DNA of 64,000 nucleotides from an uncultured Alphaproteobacteria bacterium (GTDB lineage Bacteria; Pseudomonadota; Alphaproteobacteria; Rhizobiales; Xanthobacteraceae): NCBI GenBank assembly GCA_963810585.1, contig CAWENV010000001.1, positions 232,596 to 296,595 of the forward strand, read 5' to 3'. Shown piece by piece: positions 52,773 to 62,313 of this stretch (position 1 is its first letter; each line of letters starts with the position of its first letter). The notes under the pieces were generated by a model. It saw only the letters and a program-made list of their open reading frames with translations, ran no database searches and was not told where the DNA came from. The position numbers and the translations under genes were made by a program.

Positions 52773-54302
52773 GTGAATACAAGCCACGGTGCACATCTGC
52801 TGCGCGGGCTAACATCGACAGCACGGTCGCCCTTATTCCAAGGCCGATTTGGTAGGCTGTTTCGGAGACTCCCGGCCGCAACTTTTGGCGCAACAGAAGC
52901 TCAGAACATAGCCAACTTAACGAGGCTCGGTCACGCAATGTCGGCCGAGCCTGAAGATCCCAAAAACGGTAAAGACGAAGAAGAGAGCGGAATTCCCGCG
53001 CTCTACACCTATTTTGGCCAGTTTATTGATCACGATATCACTTTCGACCCCGACAGCAGCTTGCAAAAGCAGAACGATCCCGACGCTCTCACTGACTATC
53101 GCACGCCAGCCTTCGATTTGGATTCCGTCTACGGAAGAGGACCGGATGATCAACCTTACATGTATGACGGCGGTTATTCTTTTCTCCTGGGCAAGGCAAT
53201 CCATGGCGGAACGGATCGCGATGCTTTTGATCTTCCGCGAAACGGGGCGCCTCCCGAACGCAGTCGAGCGCTCATTGGTGATCCACGAAATGATGAGAAT
53301 GTCCTAATCTCTCAACTTCAAGGGCTCCTCCTCCTATTCCACAATCGCACGCTCAAAGAGATCACGCGCACCATTAAGGACGCTAAGCTCGCTTTCGCTG
53401 AAGCGCAGCGATTGGTCAGATTCCATTATCAATATGTCGTCCTGAACGACTTCTTGCCGCAAATCGTCCACTCAAGTGTGCTGCGAGAACTCAAAGTCGA
53501 CGGCAAATTCAAACAGGAGAAGCTCAGATTTTTCCGGTGGAAAAACGAACCATTTATGCCGGTCGAATTTTCAGTGGCGGCATATCGCTTTGGGCATTCG
53601 ATGGTTCGTCCAGGCTACCGGATCAACGACGCAAAGCTGTTGCCAATTTTCCCCACCCCAAACAATCGCGAAGGACTTAAGGGTTTTAGGGCCATGAATC
53701 CTGCGTGGGGCATTGATTGGGGGCGGTTCATCAACATCGACGTCCGCAAATATGACGGGTCAGATGCCGCTAAGGCCCGCCGCCTTCAGTTCGCCTACCG
53801 GATCGATACCTCGCTGGTAAATCCGCTGTCCCGTTTACCGACCTCCGTTGCGAGTAGCCCTCCTTTTTCTCTTGCGGGGCGTAATCTTGAGCGAGGATGG
53901 CGGTTAGGTCTTCCATCTGGTCAGGAAGTGGCCCGCGCGATGGGTGTTACCCCACTTGCCGACAATGACATTTTCATTGGCAAAGCCGTTACAGCGCGCC
54001 GTCAGTCGGCGTCTGACATTTTATCAATTTCGCCGATATTCAAGAACAATTGCCCGCTTTGGGTCTATATTCTTGCCGAGGCCATGCATCACCAGGAGCG
54101 CGTAAAAATTCCGGTAAAGGAAAGCATTTCGATAATGACCCCGCGGTTGGGGCCTGTAGGCGGCCGGATTCTCGCGGAAGTGTTTATCGGCCTGATGTAT
54201 GGCGACAAGAGTTCTTTGTTAAATCTCGAGCCCAATTGGCGGCCGTCGGCGGGCCCGCATTATTCCTTGAAAGATTTTGTCAGATACGCGTTGGGACATT
54301 AA
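52773..54302 (+). CDS. Animal-type heme peroxidase (peroxidase-cyclooxygenase superfamily), no signal peptide
   Basis: YFGQFIDHD, DLDSVYG, GDPRNDEN, YQYVV..DFLP, EFSVAAYRFGHSMVR motifs. Confidence 0.9.
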   Translation: MNTSHGAHLLRGLTSTARSPLFQGRFGRLFRRLPAATFGATEAQNIANLTRLGHAMSAEPEDPKNGKDEEESGIPALYTYFGQFIDHDITFDPDSSLQKQNDPDALTDYRTPAFDLDSVYGRGPDDQPYMYDGGYSFLLGKAIHGGTDRDAFDLPRNGAPPERSRALIGDPRNDENVLISQLQGLLLLFHNRTLKEITRTIKDAKLAFAEAQRLVRFHYQYVVLNDFLPQIVHSSVLRELKVDGKFKQEKLRFFRWKNEPFMPVEFSVAAYRFGHSMVRPGYRINDAKLLPIFPTPNNREGLKGFRAMNPAWGIDWGRFINIDVRKYDGSDAAKARRLQFAYRIDTSLVNPLSRLPTSVASSPPFSLAGRNLERGWRLGLPSGQEVARAMGVTPLADNDIFIGKAVTARRQSASDILSISPIFKNNCPLWVYILAEAMHHQERVKIPVKESISIMTPRLGPVGGRILAEVFIGLMYGDKSSLLNLEPNWRPSAGPHYSLKDFVRYALGH

Positions 54303-54333
54303 TTGGCCGGGACCGACCGCACACGTCGGTGGA

Positions 54334-57300
54334 TCAATTGTGGCCCAGCTCTTCAAGCAGCGCGTTCGCAGCCCTGAGATCCGCTGTCGCAAATCCTTCA
54401 GTAAACCAACCAAGGATGGAAGCAAGACGCTCGCGCGCTTCACTGTTTCTGCCCCGGCTCTGGAGCAATCGCGCCAGAGATACCGTCGCACGGAGCTCCA
54501 AAGAGCGGGCACACTGTTTCTGGGCTAAAACGATCGCGTCATCATAGCTGCGCTCCGCTTCGCTCACCGCATCTGAGTGCGCTAACAGAACGATATCACC
54601 GTGCAGCCGGCGAAGCTCCGCCTCCCAAGCTCGCCCTGTGACGTCGCTGATCCCCTTTAGGCCATCACCAATTGTGGCCAACGCTTCTTCCAGGTCTCCA
54701 TTTTCGGCTTGGGCTTCTCCGAGCCAACCAAGCATGAAGCCGCGCATATACCCAAGATTGCTTCGTTGTGCCTCTTCAATTCCCTCGCTGATCTCGATGA
54801 GGCCTCGCTCCATGTGGCCGGTTTTCACCAGCGCGCAACCTCGTCCAAAACGCGAATAAAGCGCGTAAAGGTTGATCCGATGCTCCCGCGACAGCTCAAA
54901 GCTGCGATCGGCATGCACCACGGCATCCTGAAATTCTCCCCTGAGCAGATGCACGGCGGATGTAACGTAGTGGGCAAATGCAAGCGTGTATGGATCGGCT
55001 CGCTCAGCCGCCAGACTGAGGGATTGCAGCACATTGTCGCGAGCCTGATCGGGGTAGCCCAAAATCCACAAATCCCAGGCAAACATCAGCTGAGCGGCGA
55101 CGCGAGGGTCGAAGAAAATCTCCTCGGTCGAAGTGCTGTCGGCCAGCGCGATTGACGCTTCCAGCTGCTCCCGCGCCCGAATAAATTCTCCGAGGGTAAA
55201 CAAAGTGCTCCCGAGACACCGGTGCCCCAATATCTGAAAGACAGGGTCACGAAGCTGATGCGCCTTCGTGAGCAGTGTTTCCGCGAGCTTCATCGCTCGA
55301 TCATGTGAGGCTCTCATCCAGTGATGCCCCCACAGCCCAAAGATGGCCTGTATTTCCTTATGCAAATCGCCAATCTCGCCGCTTAACGTGTAAGCGCGTT
55401 CGAATACTTTGCGGGTGTTCTCCGCCGAATAGCCATGTACGGCGATGAAGCAAAGCCCGAGTAATAACTGAATTTCCAATTCTGCGGATGTGCGCTCCGG
55501 AGTTTCCGGTAATGCACTCAAATGCTCTAAGGCCTTTTCGAATTGAACAATGGCTTCGAGATTCGCCGATCAACTCCGTGCACGGCGACCGCCGGATAGC
55601 CAATAGCGGACAGCAGGTTCGGCCTTACCGGCAAGGCTGTAATGATACGCAAGCAGCTCAGGCTGACTATTTACGACCTCCGGCTCATTTTCGAGTAGCG
55701 ACGCAATCCGTGCGTGGATTGCTCGTCGGCTCGACCGCAAGAGGGATTCATACGCGGCATCACGCAAAAGCGCATGCTTGAACGAATAACGGGCCGGCGT
55801 GGTGTCGACAAGTTGAACGATATCATTTTGCCTGAGATGTACGAGCGTCATCTCGAGTTCTGAGCTGCTGAGCGCTGTAACCCGATGCAGCATGTTGTAA
55901 GAAAACTCGCGTCCGATCACGGCTGCCACTTGCGCCACATTGCGCGCTTGAGGCGCTCGGTCCAGGCGGGCGATAAGTAAATCGCGCAGCGATTCCGGCA
56001 CCAAATCGGAGGCCAGTTCCGTTCGCTGGCCATGATGATCGCGCTCCCTAATGCCTCCAGATTCGATCGTACCGCGCGCCAGCTCTTCTACGAAAAGGGG
56101 TATGGAGTCGCTTTCTTCGATGATCATTTTCAATACAGCTGTCGTGACCGATTGGTCACCGAGCGCCAGTCGTGCCATCTGCGCGACGTCGCGCCGACCC
56201 AAGCGCGTTATGGTCAAGCCGGTCACATTTGCATGAAGGCCCGAAGACAATCGATACTCGGGGCGGTGTGTTACGACCAATAGAATTCGACCCTTCTCGA
56301 TTTTGCTCACCAAAAGGTCGAGTAGCTCCTGAGTCGATGGGTCTATCCAGTGCGCATCCTCGAACACGCAAAATAGAGGGCGCTTCGCTGCAAGTCCGAT
56401 CAACAGCTCGACAAGTACGAATAATGTCTGGGTCTTCACCTGCTGGGCGGTCAATGCCAAAGGGCTGTGCGCTACTCCGCTCGGTATAGACATCATTTCC
56501 GCAATCATCGGCACCGCATTTGCGATCTGGCCTGAAACCCCCGAGACCAGTTTCTCGATCCTTTCGAATTTCACCTCGTCGGAATCGTCGCTCGTCAATT
56601 CCGCCAGGCGCCCTATACGCTGGATGACAGGGAACAACGGGCTTTGCATGCAGTGAGGCAAGCACTGAAAGTTAAGCGTCCAATGCTGCTGGCCCTCGAT
56701 CGACTTAGCGAGCTCATAGAGGATGCGCGATTTGCCGACGCCCGGCACGCCCGAAATGAAAACCGCCTGGCCCTCTCCGTCGAGGGCTTCCGACCAGCGT
56801 TGATGCAGAAAAGCGAGCTCTGGGCCGCGGCCCACGAGCGGTGTCATCGCCTTTCCCAGCGCAGCCTGAAACCGGCTCGTATCCTCAAGTACACGAACCA
56901 CTCGGAAGGCCCGAACCGGTCCGGCTACGCCCTTCAATTGCTGGGGTCCCAGATCCTCCTGGTCGAAACGCACGGAAACCAGACGGCTGGTAGTACTCGA
57001 AATAATCACTGTGTCAGGTGTTGCGAGAGATTGAAGACGGGCGGCTATATGAAATGCTTCGCCGACCGCACCTGATGGCGACAACGGATCACCCAGCCCT
57101 GTCACGACAACGCCAGTGCTGATTCCAACTCGCACCGACAGCGGTTCGGGACCGGCAATCGCCTTTACAGCTTCAATGACCTGAAGCCCGGCGCGTACCG
57201 CGCGTTCAGCGGCGTCTTCCTGCGCGATTGGCCAGCCGAAGATCACCTCAACTCCATCGCCGCGATACTGCGCAATATGTCCCTCGAACCGCTCTACGAC

Positions 57301-57672
57301 CTTTCCGCACGCCTTCTGGTACGATTCGAGGATCAACCCGAAATCTTCCGGGTCTAAGGTAGCTGCAAGTTTGGTGGAGTCGACAAGATCACAGAACATA
57401 ACCGTGACCTGACGGCGTTCATTTCGAAAATCGACAGTCGGCTCGTTTAACACTGCCGATTTTTCCTGGTGTGCTGGCTCGGAGCGAGACAATGAGGGCG
57501 TTTCGGATATTGCCGCTAGCAGCTTTGCCCTCGGTCCGATCGGAATACCGATCTGCTCCAGCATTTCGTCGGTCACAAATTGAAGTGAATCAAAATCAAT
57601 CTCATTCTCTTCAAATGCCTTTGCATACTTACTGAGCCCCAGCTCCTGCAACAATGCCGAAATTTCTCGCAC
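54334..57672 (-). pseudogene. SAM-adenylate/guanylate cyclase-AAA(STAND)-TPR protein interrupted by one in-frame TGA at 55570-55572
   Basis: SAM (LQELGLSKYAKAFEENEID), ERRQVTVMFCDLVDST, YRGDG, PLVGR, GVPGVGKS, FEDAHWID, LELRATVSLARL. Both ORFs are in one frame: GGRRARS*SANLEAI. Confidence 0.85.
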
Positions 57673-57978
57673 GTGGAGCCTCCAAATCCTAAACGGCTAC
57701 ATCGCTACCTCAAGAATCGTCCACCCCCGCTGCCTATTGTGACACTATATTCTTGGAAAGCTGGATTGGTGTGTCAAGCATATGTCCAGACCGTAAAGCT
57801 CCTGTCACTATCTATACTTTCTCTAGCTTGCTGTGGGGTGCGCCTCAGCTTGCTTTTGCGTATTCGGTAAATCGTGTAATCTAATCAAATATCCGGATAG
57901 ACTTCATAACCGCAAGATTAGCTGTCGTCGGCTACCGAGACAATTGATCGAGGACTGCCATTTTTTAGAGACCACCCT

Positions 57979-59067
57979 ATGAAACGCCGTGAATTTCTCA
58001 GTATCGTCGGTGGCGGCGTTGCCGCCGTTTCCATTGCGAAGCCGGCAATCGCCCAGTCCGCGCCTCAGATCAAATGGAGGTTCGCGACGAGTTGGCCGAA
58101 GTCGCTCGACACGCTTTACGGCGCTTGCGAGGTATTTTCCAAGCGCATCAGCGAGATCACGGATGGTCGATTTCAGATCCAGGTGTTTGCCGCGGGAGAA
58201 ATTGTCCCCGCGCTGACCGTTCTTGATGCCGTGCAGAACCAAACGGTCGAGATCGGCAACACGGGTGCATACTACTACTGGGGTAAGGACCCAGCGCTCG
58301 CGTTGGGATCTGCCATTCCGTTCGGATTGAACACCCGCCAAATGGAATCCTGGCTCGCACAAGGCGGCGGTAATGCATTGTTGCAAGAGGTTTTCACGAG
58401 CTTTAATTGCTTTGGCATTCCGATGGGCAACACCGGCTGTCAAATGGGAGGCTGGTTTCGAAAGGAGATAAAAGGAGTCGAGGATCTTTCGGGACTGAAA
58501 TTCCGCATTGGCGGTTTCGCTGGACAAGTCATCCGCAAGGTAGGCGTCGTGCCGCTGCAGCTGGCGCCGGGCGACATTTACACAGCGCTAGAAAGAGGCA
58601 GTATCGATGCTGCGGAGTGGGTCGGCCCGCACGACGATGAGAAGCTTGGTTTGTACAAGATCGCGAAGTACTACTATTATCCAGCTTGGTGGGAAGGTAG
58701 TGCCAACGCACACACCATCGTCAATTTGGAAAAATGGAACAACCTTCCCAAGCCGTACCAAGCTGCCGTCCTCGCCGCAGCGCGCGACGCAGGACACTGG
58801 ATGACCACAAAATACGACGCAGCAAATCCTCCGGCATTGAAGCGGCTCGTCGCCGACGGCGCGCTACTGCGCGCTTTCTCGCAGGAGATCATGGAGGCCT
58901 GTTACAAGGCGGCGAATGACGTCTACGCCGAAATCGGAGAAAAAAATCCACGCTTCAAGAGAATCTATGAGAGTCTCGCCTCTTTTCGGAATGACAGCTA
59001 TATGTGGTGGCAACTAGCGGAAAAGAGTTTCGACGATTTTCAGATCCGAATGCGCTCAAGATCGTGA
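57979..59067 (+). CDS. TRAP transporter solute-binding protein (DctP/TakP type), Tat signal
   Basis: MKRREFL..KPAIAQ, WRFATSWPKSLD, GNTGCQMGGWFRKEI, IDAAEWVGP, YYYPAWWE motifs; no dctQM in the window. Confidence 0.93.
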   Translation: MKRREFLSIVGGGVAAVSIAKPAIAQSAPQIKWRFATSWPKSLDTLYGACEVFSKRISEITDGRFQIQVFAAGEIVPALTVLDAVQNQTVEIGNTGAYYYWGKDPALALGSAIPFGLNTRQMESWLAQGGGNALLQEVFTSFNCFGIPMGNTGCQMGGWFRKEIKGVEDLSGLKFRIGGFAGQVIRKVGVVPLQLAPGDIYTALERGSIDAAEWVGPHDDEKLGLYKIAKYYYYPAWWEGSANAHTIVNLEKWNNLPKPYQAAVLAAARDAGHWMTTKYDAANPPALKRLVADGALLRAFSQEIMEACYKAANDVYAEIGEKNPRFKRIYESLASFRNDSYMWWQLAEKSFDDFQIRMRSRS

Positions 59068-59114
59068 TGCAGACTGGGTTAGCAGAGTACCGACGATGAA
59101 ATCCGGAACACGCC

Positions 59115-59996
59115 ATGGTCGTTGACAACGCCGCATCAGCGCAGTGCGTCCACGTATCCGAGACAATGCTTCTGGTTGCGATGCCGGACGGACGATCCTG
59201 GCTGACGGATGTCGGTACTTCCTCTATCACCACGCTTCCTGTATCGGCGATCGCAGCCGATCGTTCGAGTGTGGCCGCGAGCCTCGTTGAAGGCGCCATC
59301 GCCGCAGGTCTTGCCGGAACCAAGCAAGCACAGTCGACCATCTCATACACGCTCCCTCGATACATTCGTTGGTTGGTGGGCAATTACATTTTTGCCGGAC
59401 AGACCCCGGGCCTCTTCCGTCGAGGGGCTGAGCGGTTCGAAGCGGCCGGGCGCCTGGACCTTGCGACATTCGCCCGCCAAAAAGCCGACGAGGAACAAGG
59501 GCACGCAAACCTTGCGTATCGGGATCTCGAGGGTTTGGGTCTTCCGGCCGCGGAGGTCATTCGTCTTATTCAGCCACCCAGCGCTGAGATTTTCGCTGAC
59601 CGCTTCCGCTCCTATATAGAGTCGGCTTGCCCGATCGCACTATTCGGATTCAGCTACTGTCTCGAACGCATGGCGGTGGGCCGGGACGAGGCGTTCATCC
59701 GCAAAGTCGAAGGGGTCTGCCCGCCGAAATCCCGGGCCTATCAATTCCTCAAAGTTCACAGCGGTGTCGGCGCGGATAGCACTCATGTCGACGAACAGTT
59801 GTCGTTCTTCGAGGCGCTTACTGCCACCGAGCTTGCCGCAGTCGCCTGCGCGGCATACGAAACCGCGGAGCTGCTCGGGAACCAGCCGCTGATGGACGAG
59901 GCGCTCTCGGACGAAGAGATGGAGCGCCGCCTGCTAAAACAGGGTTTTTCATTTCCCGTACATGCCAAAAACGATCAAAGAGAGATCGCTACTTAG
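59115..59996 (+). CDS. Heme-oxygenase-like diiron oxidase (iron-containing redox enzyme, PqqC/CADD-like fold)
   Basis: All-helical pattern with candidate ligands DEEQGH, YCLER, FLKVHSGVGADSTH. Confidence 0.65.
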   Translation: MVVDNAASAQCVHVSETMLLVAMPDGRSWLTDVGTSSITTLPVSAIAADRSSVAASLVEGAIAAGLAGTKQAQSTISYTLPRYIRWLVGNYIFAGQTPGLFRRGAERFEAAGRLDLATFARQKADEEQGHANLAYRDLEGLGLPAAEVIRLIQPPSAEIFADRFRSYIESACPIALFGFSYCLERMAVGRDEAFIRKVEGVCPPKSRAYQFLKVHSGVGADSTHVDEQLSFFEALTATELAAVACAAYETAELLGNQPLMDEALSDEEMERRLLKQGFSFPVHAKNDQREIAT

Positions 59997-60192
59997 GGCT
60001 GGTGGCGCCCACCATACCTCTCTTGTGAGCGGCGAATAGTGATTGACGGCCCCTATACGTGTGGCTCGCTCGGGGAATGAGGTACTGGCTTACGTGAAAT
60101 CGGCGGACCGCAAGATTTGACTGCTCTTAGTGTGAGCTAGTTCACCATTTCAGATTCGGCCGCGTGTTAGCAACTCCACAATGGAGGCCGCC

Positions 60193-60360
60193 ATGCGTAG
60201 ACCCATCAATCGAAGAACACCGCGCCGGCAACGCAACGAAAACCACAATCGCGCCGATACCGCGGTCGCAACGATCTGGCTTGCATTTTACGCGATAGCC
60301 CTTGGTGTTGCGGTCGCATCGCCGTTCGTTTCACACGCGATTGAAGCTTCTGCGCGCTAG
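60193..60360 (+). CDS. Small single-TM hypothetical protein (55 aa), missing from the ORF track
   Basis: GGAGG RBS; MRRPINRRTPRRQRNENHNRADTAVATIWLAFYAIALGVAVASPFVSHAIEASAR. Confidence 0.6.
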   Translation: MRRPINRRTPRRQRNENHNRADTAVATIWLAFYAIALGVAVASPFVSHAIEASAR

Positions 60361-60375
60361 GTCACGGACGCTCCG

Positions 60376-60696
60376 ATGAAAATTCATAAGGTTCGCTATT
60401 TTCTCGCGCTCTGTGAGGAACGGAGTTTCACGCGCGCGGCCAAGCGCTGCGGGGTAGCGCAGCCGTCACTCACCCGCGCAATCCAGCAACTGGAGCACGA
60501 ATTTGGCGGACAACTTTTTGAGCGAAGCAGGTCTACTGTTCGTCTGACCAATCTTGGAATTCTCGTTCGACCGGATTTTGTCCGCATCGAGCAAGCGGTC
60601 GCAGAAGTAACGCAAAAGATCGCGGCATTCAATGCGTCGCGCGCTGTAGAAGTTCACACCAATACCAGAGACACATTATGCATGCGGCAGCGGTAA
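60376..60696 (+). CDS. Stand-alone LysR-type HTH protein without effector domain (106 aa)
   Basis: VRYFLALCEERSFTRAAKRCGVAQPSLTRAIQQLEHEFGGQLFER; stops after the linker helix. Confidence 0.85.
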   Translation: MKIHKVRYFLALCEERSFTRAAKRCGVAQPSLTRAIQQLEHEFGGQLFERSRSTVRLTNLGILVRPDFVRIEQAVAEVTQKIAAFNASRAVEVHTNTRDTLCMRQR

Positions 60697-60733
60697 GTGT
60701 CGTGACCTTCGCTATGGTGAGGCTCGAACGCAA

Positions 60734-60952
60734 ATGATGAAAGTGCCCTCACAAGCTTTCGCGCGCCCGGGCGCTTATCGGGGAAGATCGATTGCTTCGC
60801 GATCGAGGTTGCTTTTCATCATTTTTCGCATTCATGACCGATGCCAGGTCTTCCTGACGCTCTTTTTGGTCGCCCTCGCCGAAACGAGGCGAAAAGAAGC
60901 TGAACGCGTCTTGCGCCAATTTCGGCACTTGATTGATCCGGCTAATGACTGA
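60734..60952 (+). CDS. Small hypothetical protein (72 aa)
   Basis: Co-oriented with its neighbours; amphipathic C-terminal helix LAETRRKEAERVLRQFRHLID. Confidence 0.45.
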   Translation: MMKVPSQAFARPGAYRGRSIASRSRLLFIIFRIHDRCQVFLTLFLVALAETRRKEAERVLRQFRHLIDPAND

Positions 60953-61201
60953 CCGCGCGCGCGGGCCCAAACGCTCGTACTTCGAATTGATGGCCTGACC
61001 CAACCGGCATCCGCGCAGTCGGGATGGACGGACGCTAGCCTTTCTCTCGGCGATGTGGCTTTGCATATGAAAATAGCCAAGCAATGGCAGGCTATTTCCT
61101 CATGAATGAATTCTTAAACTTCATAATTTAATTTATTCGGAAGATGTCGCCGAACGAGCACGCCCGATTTAAGTTCTAGGGCAATTGAAGTACAACAATC
61201 C

Positions 61202-61432
61202 ATGGCCGGCACCGAAACGTACGATACGGATGCAATCTGCCCGCAATGCCGGACGGTCATGGTCCACGTTGCCATAACGCCCCATCCTGTTGTGCGCAAC
61301 ATGCAGAGAAATACCTACGTTTGTTATTCTTGCAAACGGACGCGCACATATATGTTGCCGGGGACGACCAACCCGCCAGTACGCGACGACGAGGCCAGGC
61401 TACCGTCAGTCGCGGGCCGCCAAGCAAGATAA
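61202..61432 (+). CDS. Small zinc-ribbon protein
   Basis: CPQC..CYSC in 76 aa. Confidence 0.6.
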   Translation: MAGTETYDTDAICPQCRTVMVHVAITPHPVVRNMQRNTYVCYSCKRTRTYMLPGTTNPPVRDDEARLPSVAGRQAR

Positions 61433-61441
61433 TAGCGGCCA

Positions 61442-61687
61442 ATGTCCGAGCGCCGAAGAGATGACCGCACTTCAACAAGCACACGCGGTGTCATCAAATT
61501 TGGGCCGGCCGGACAAGAAATGGCCTGCGCCATTGACGATCTAACTGATCGCGGTGCCGGTCTCCGCGTCGGGACTGCTTTTGGCTTGCCGCAGGTATTT
61601 CGGCTGACGATCGATGGCGAGACCATGCCGCGGCATTGCCGTGTGATTTGGTCAGACGGCAAAAAACTTGGCGTTACGTTTGAGTAG
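61442..61687 (+). CDS. Stand-alone PilZ domain protein
   Basis: ERRRDDR (RxxxR), DLTDRGA (DxxxxG), CRVIW, LGVTFE motifs. Confidence 0.85.
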   Translation: MSERRRDDRTSTSTRGVIKFGPAGQEMACAIDDLTDRGAGLRVGTAFGLPQVFRLTIDGETMPRHCRVIWSDGKKLGVTFE

Positions 61688-61935
61688 CGGGCCCACCTCA
61701 ATCCAGAGCAGCACTCGTCAAATTAGATATCTTGCCCACGCAACAAATGCGTAGAACTGCTCAGGAAAGGCGATGAAATAAAAGATCACCGCCGGGGGGG
61801 CCAACAAAAACAGCCAATCGCGCATTGGCGGCTCCTGTATTAAGGAGCCCATTATCTAAATTGATCACTTTCGAAGTGCTTGAGATGATGTTTCAAATTT
61901 TAGGCTTGTGGCACTACGCACGTATTTGTGAATAT

Positions 61936-62175
61936 CTATTCGAAGGTGATCCCCAGCTTCGTATCGGTTCTCCATACCGACCGACATGAGCGGCGGATTC
62001 CCTCAATAACGACATCGAAATTTGCCGGAATCCCATACGTCGTGGACACTTGCAGGCAAGCACCCGTGTCCGAAATATTGCGGACCGCGCAATCAAGCTT
62101 CGGCGCTTTTTCGCTCAGAACAATTTGCGCTGTCTTGAGGACGCGTTTCCTGAAGACGTTTCTTTTGTCTTGCAC
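61936..62175 (-). CDS. Stand-alone PilZ domain protein
   Basis: DKRNVFR (RxxxR), NISDTGA, CRSVWR, LGITFE motifs. Confidence 0.85.
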   Translation of the reverse strand: MQDKRNVFRKRVLKTAQIVLSEKAPKLDCAVRNISDTGACLQVSTTYGIPANFDVVIEGIRRSCRSVWRTDTKLGITFE

Positions 62176-62313
62176 AGCCCAAAGCCCAAATCGCTAGTAC
62201 CCTAAGTGATCGGGCACTCTAGTCAAAGTCAACTATCAGATAAATCAGCATCATTTCCCCATGGAACTCGTGGAAATAAGACATGGAGGTCGCGGGAGCC
62301 GGTCGCCGCGCGA

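Noticed and set aside
55570-55572. TGA recoding (selenocysteine, read-through or alternative genetic code)
   Set aside because: Many genes in the window end in TGA, the position is not a catalytic Cys site, and no SECIS-like context was recognised; a nonsense change or base error is simpler.
60749-61084. Minus-strand ORFs 60749..61084 and 60832..61080
   Set aside because: They overlap the more plausible plus-strand 72-aa ORF, have low-information Arg/Ser-rich composition and show no motifs.
61813-61829. GCCAAT-CGCGC-ATTGGC hairpin between the convergent PilZ genes
   Set aside because: Only a 6-bp stem with no clear U-tract; too weak to call a terminator.
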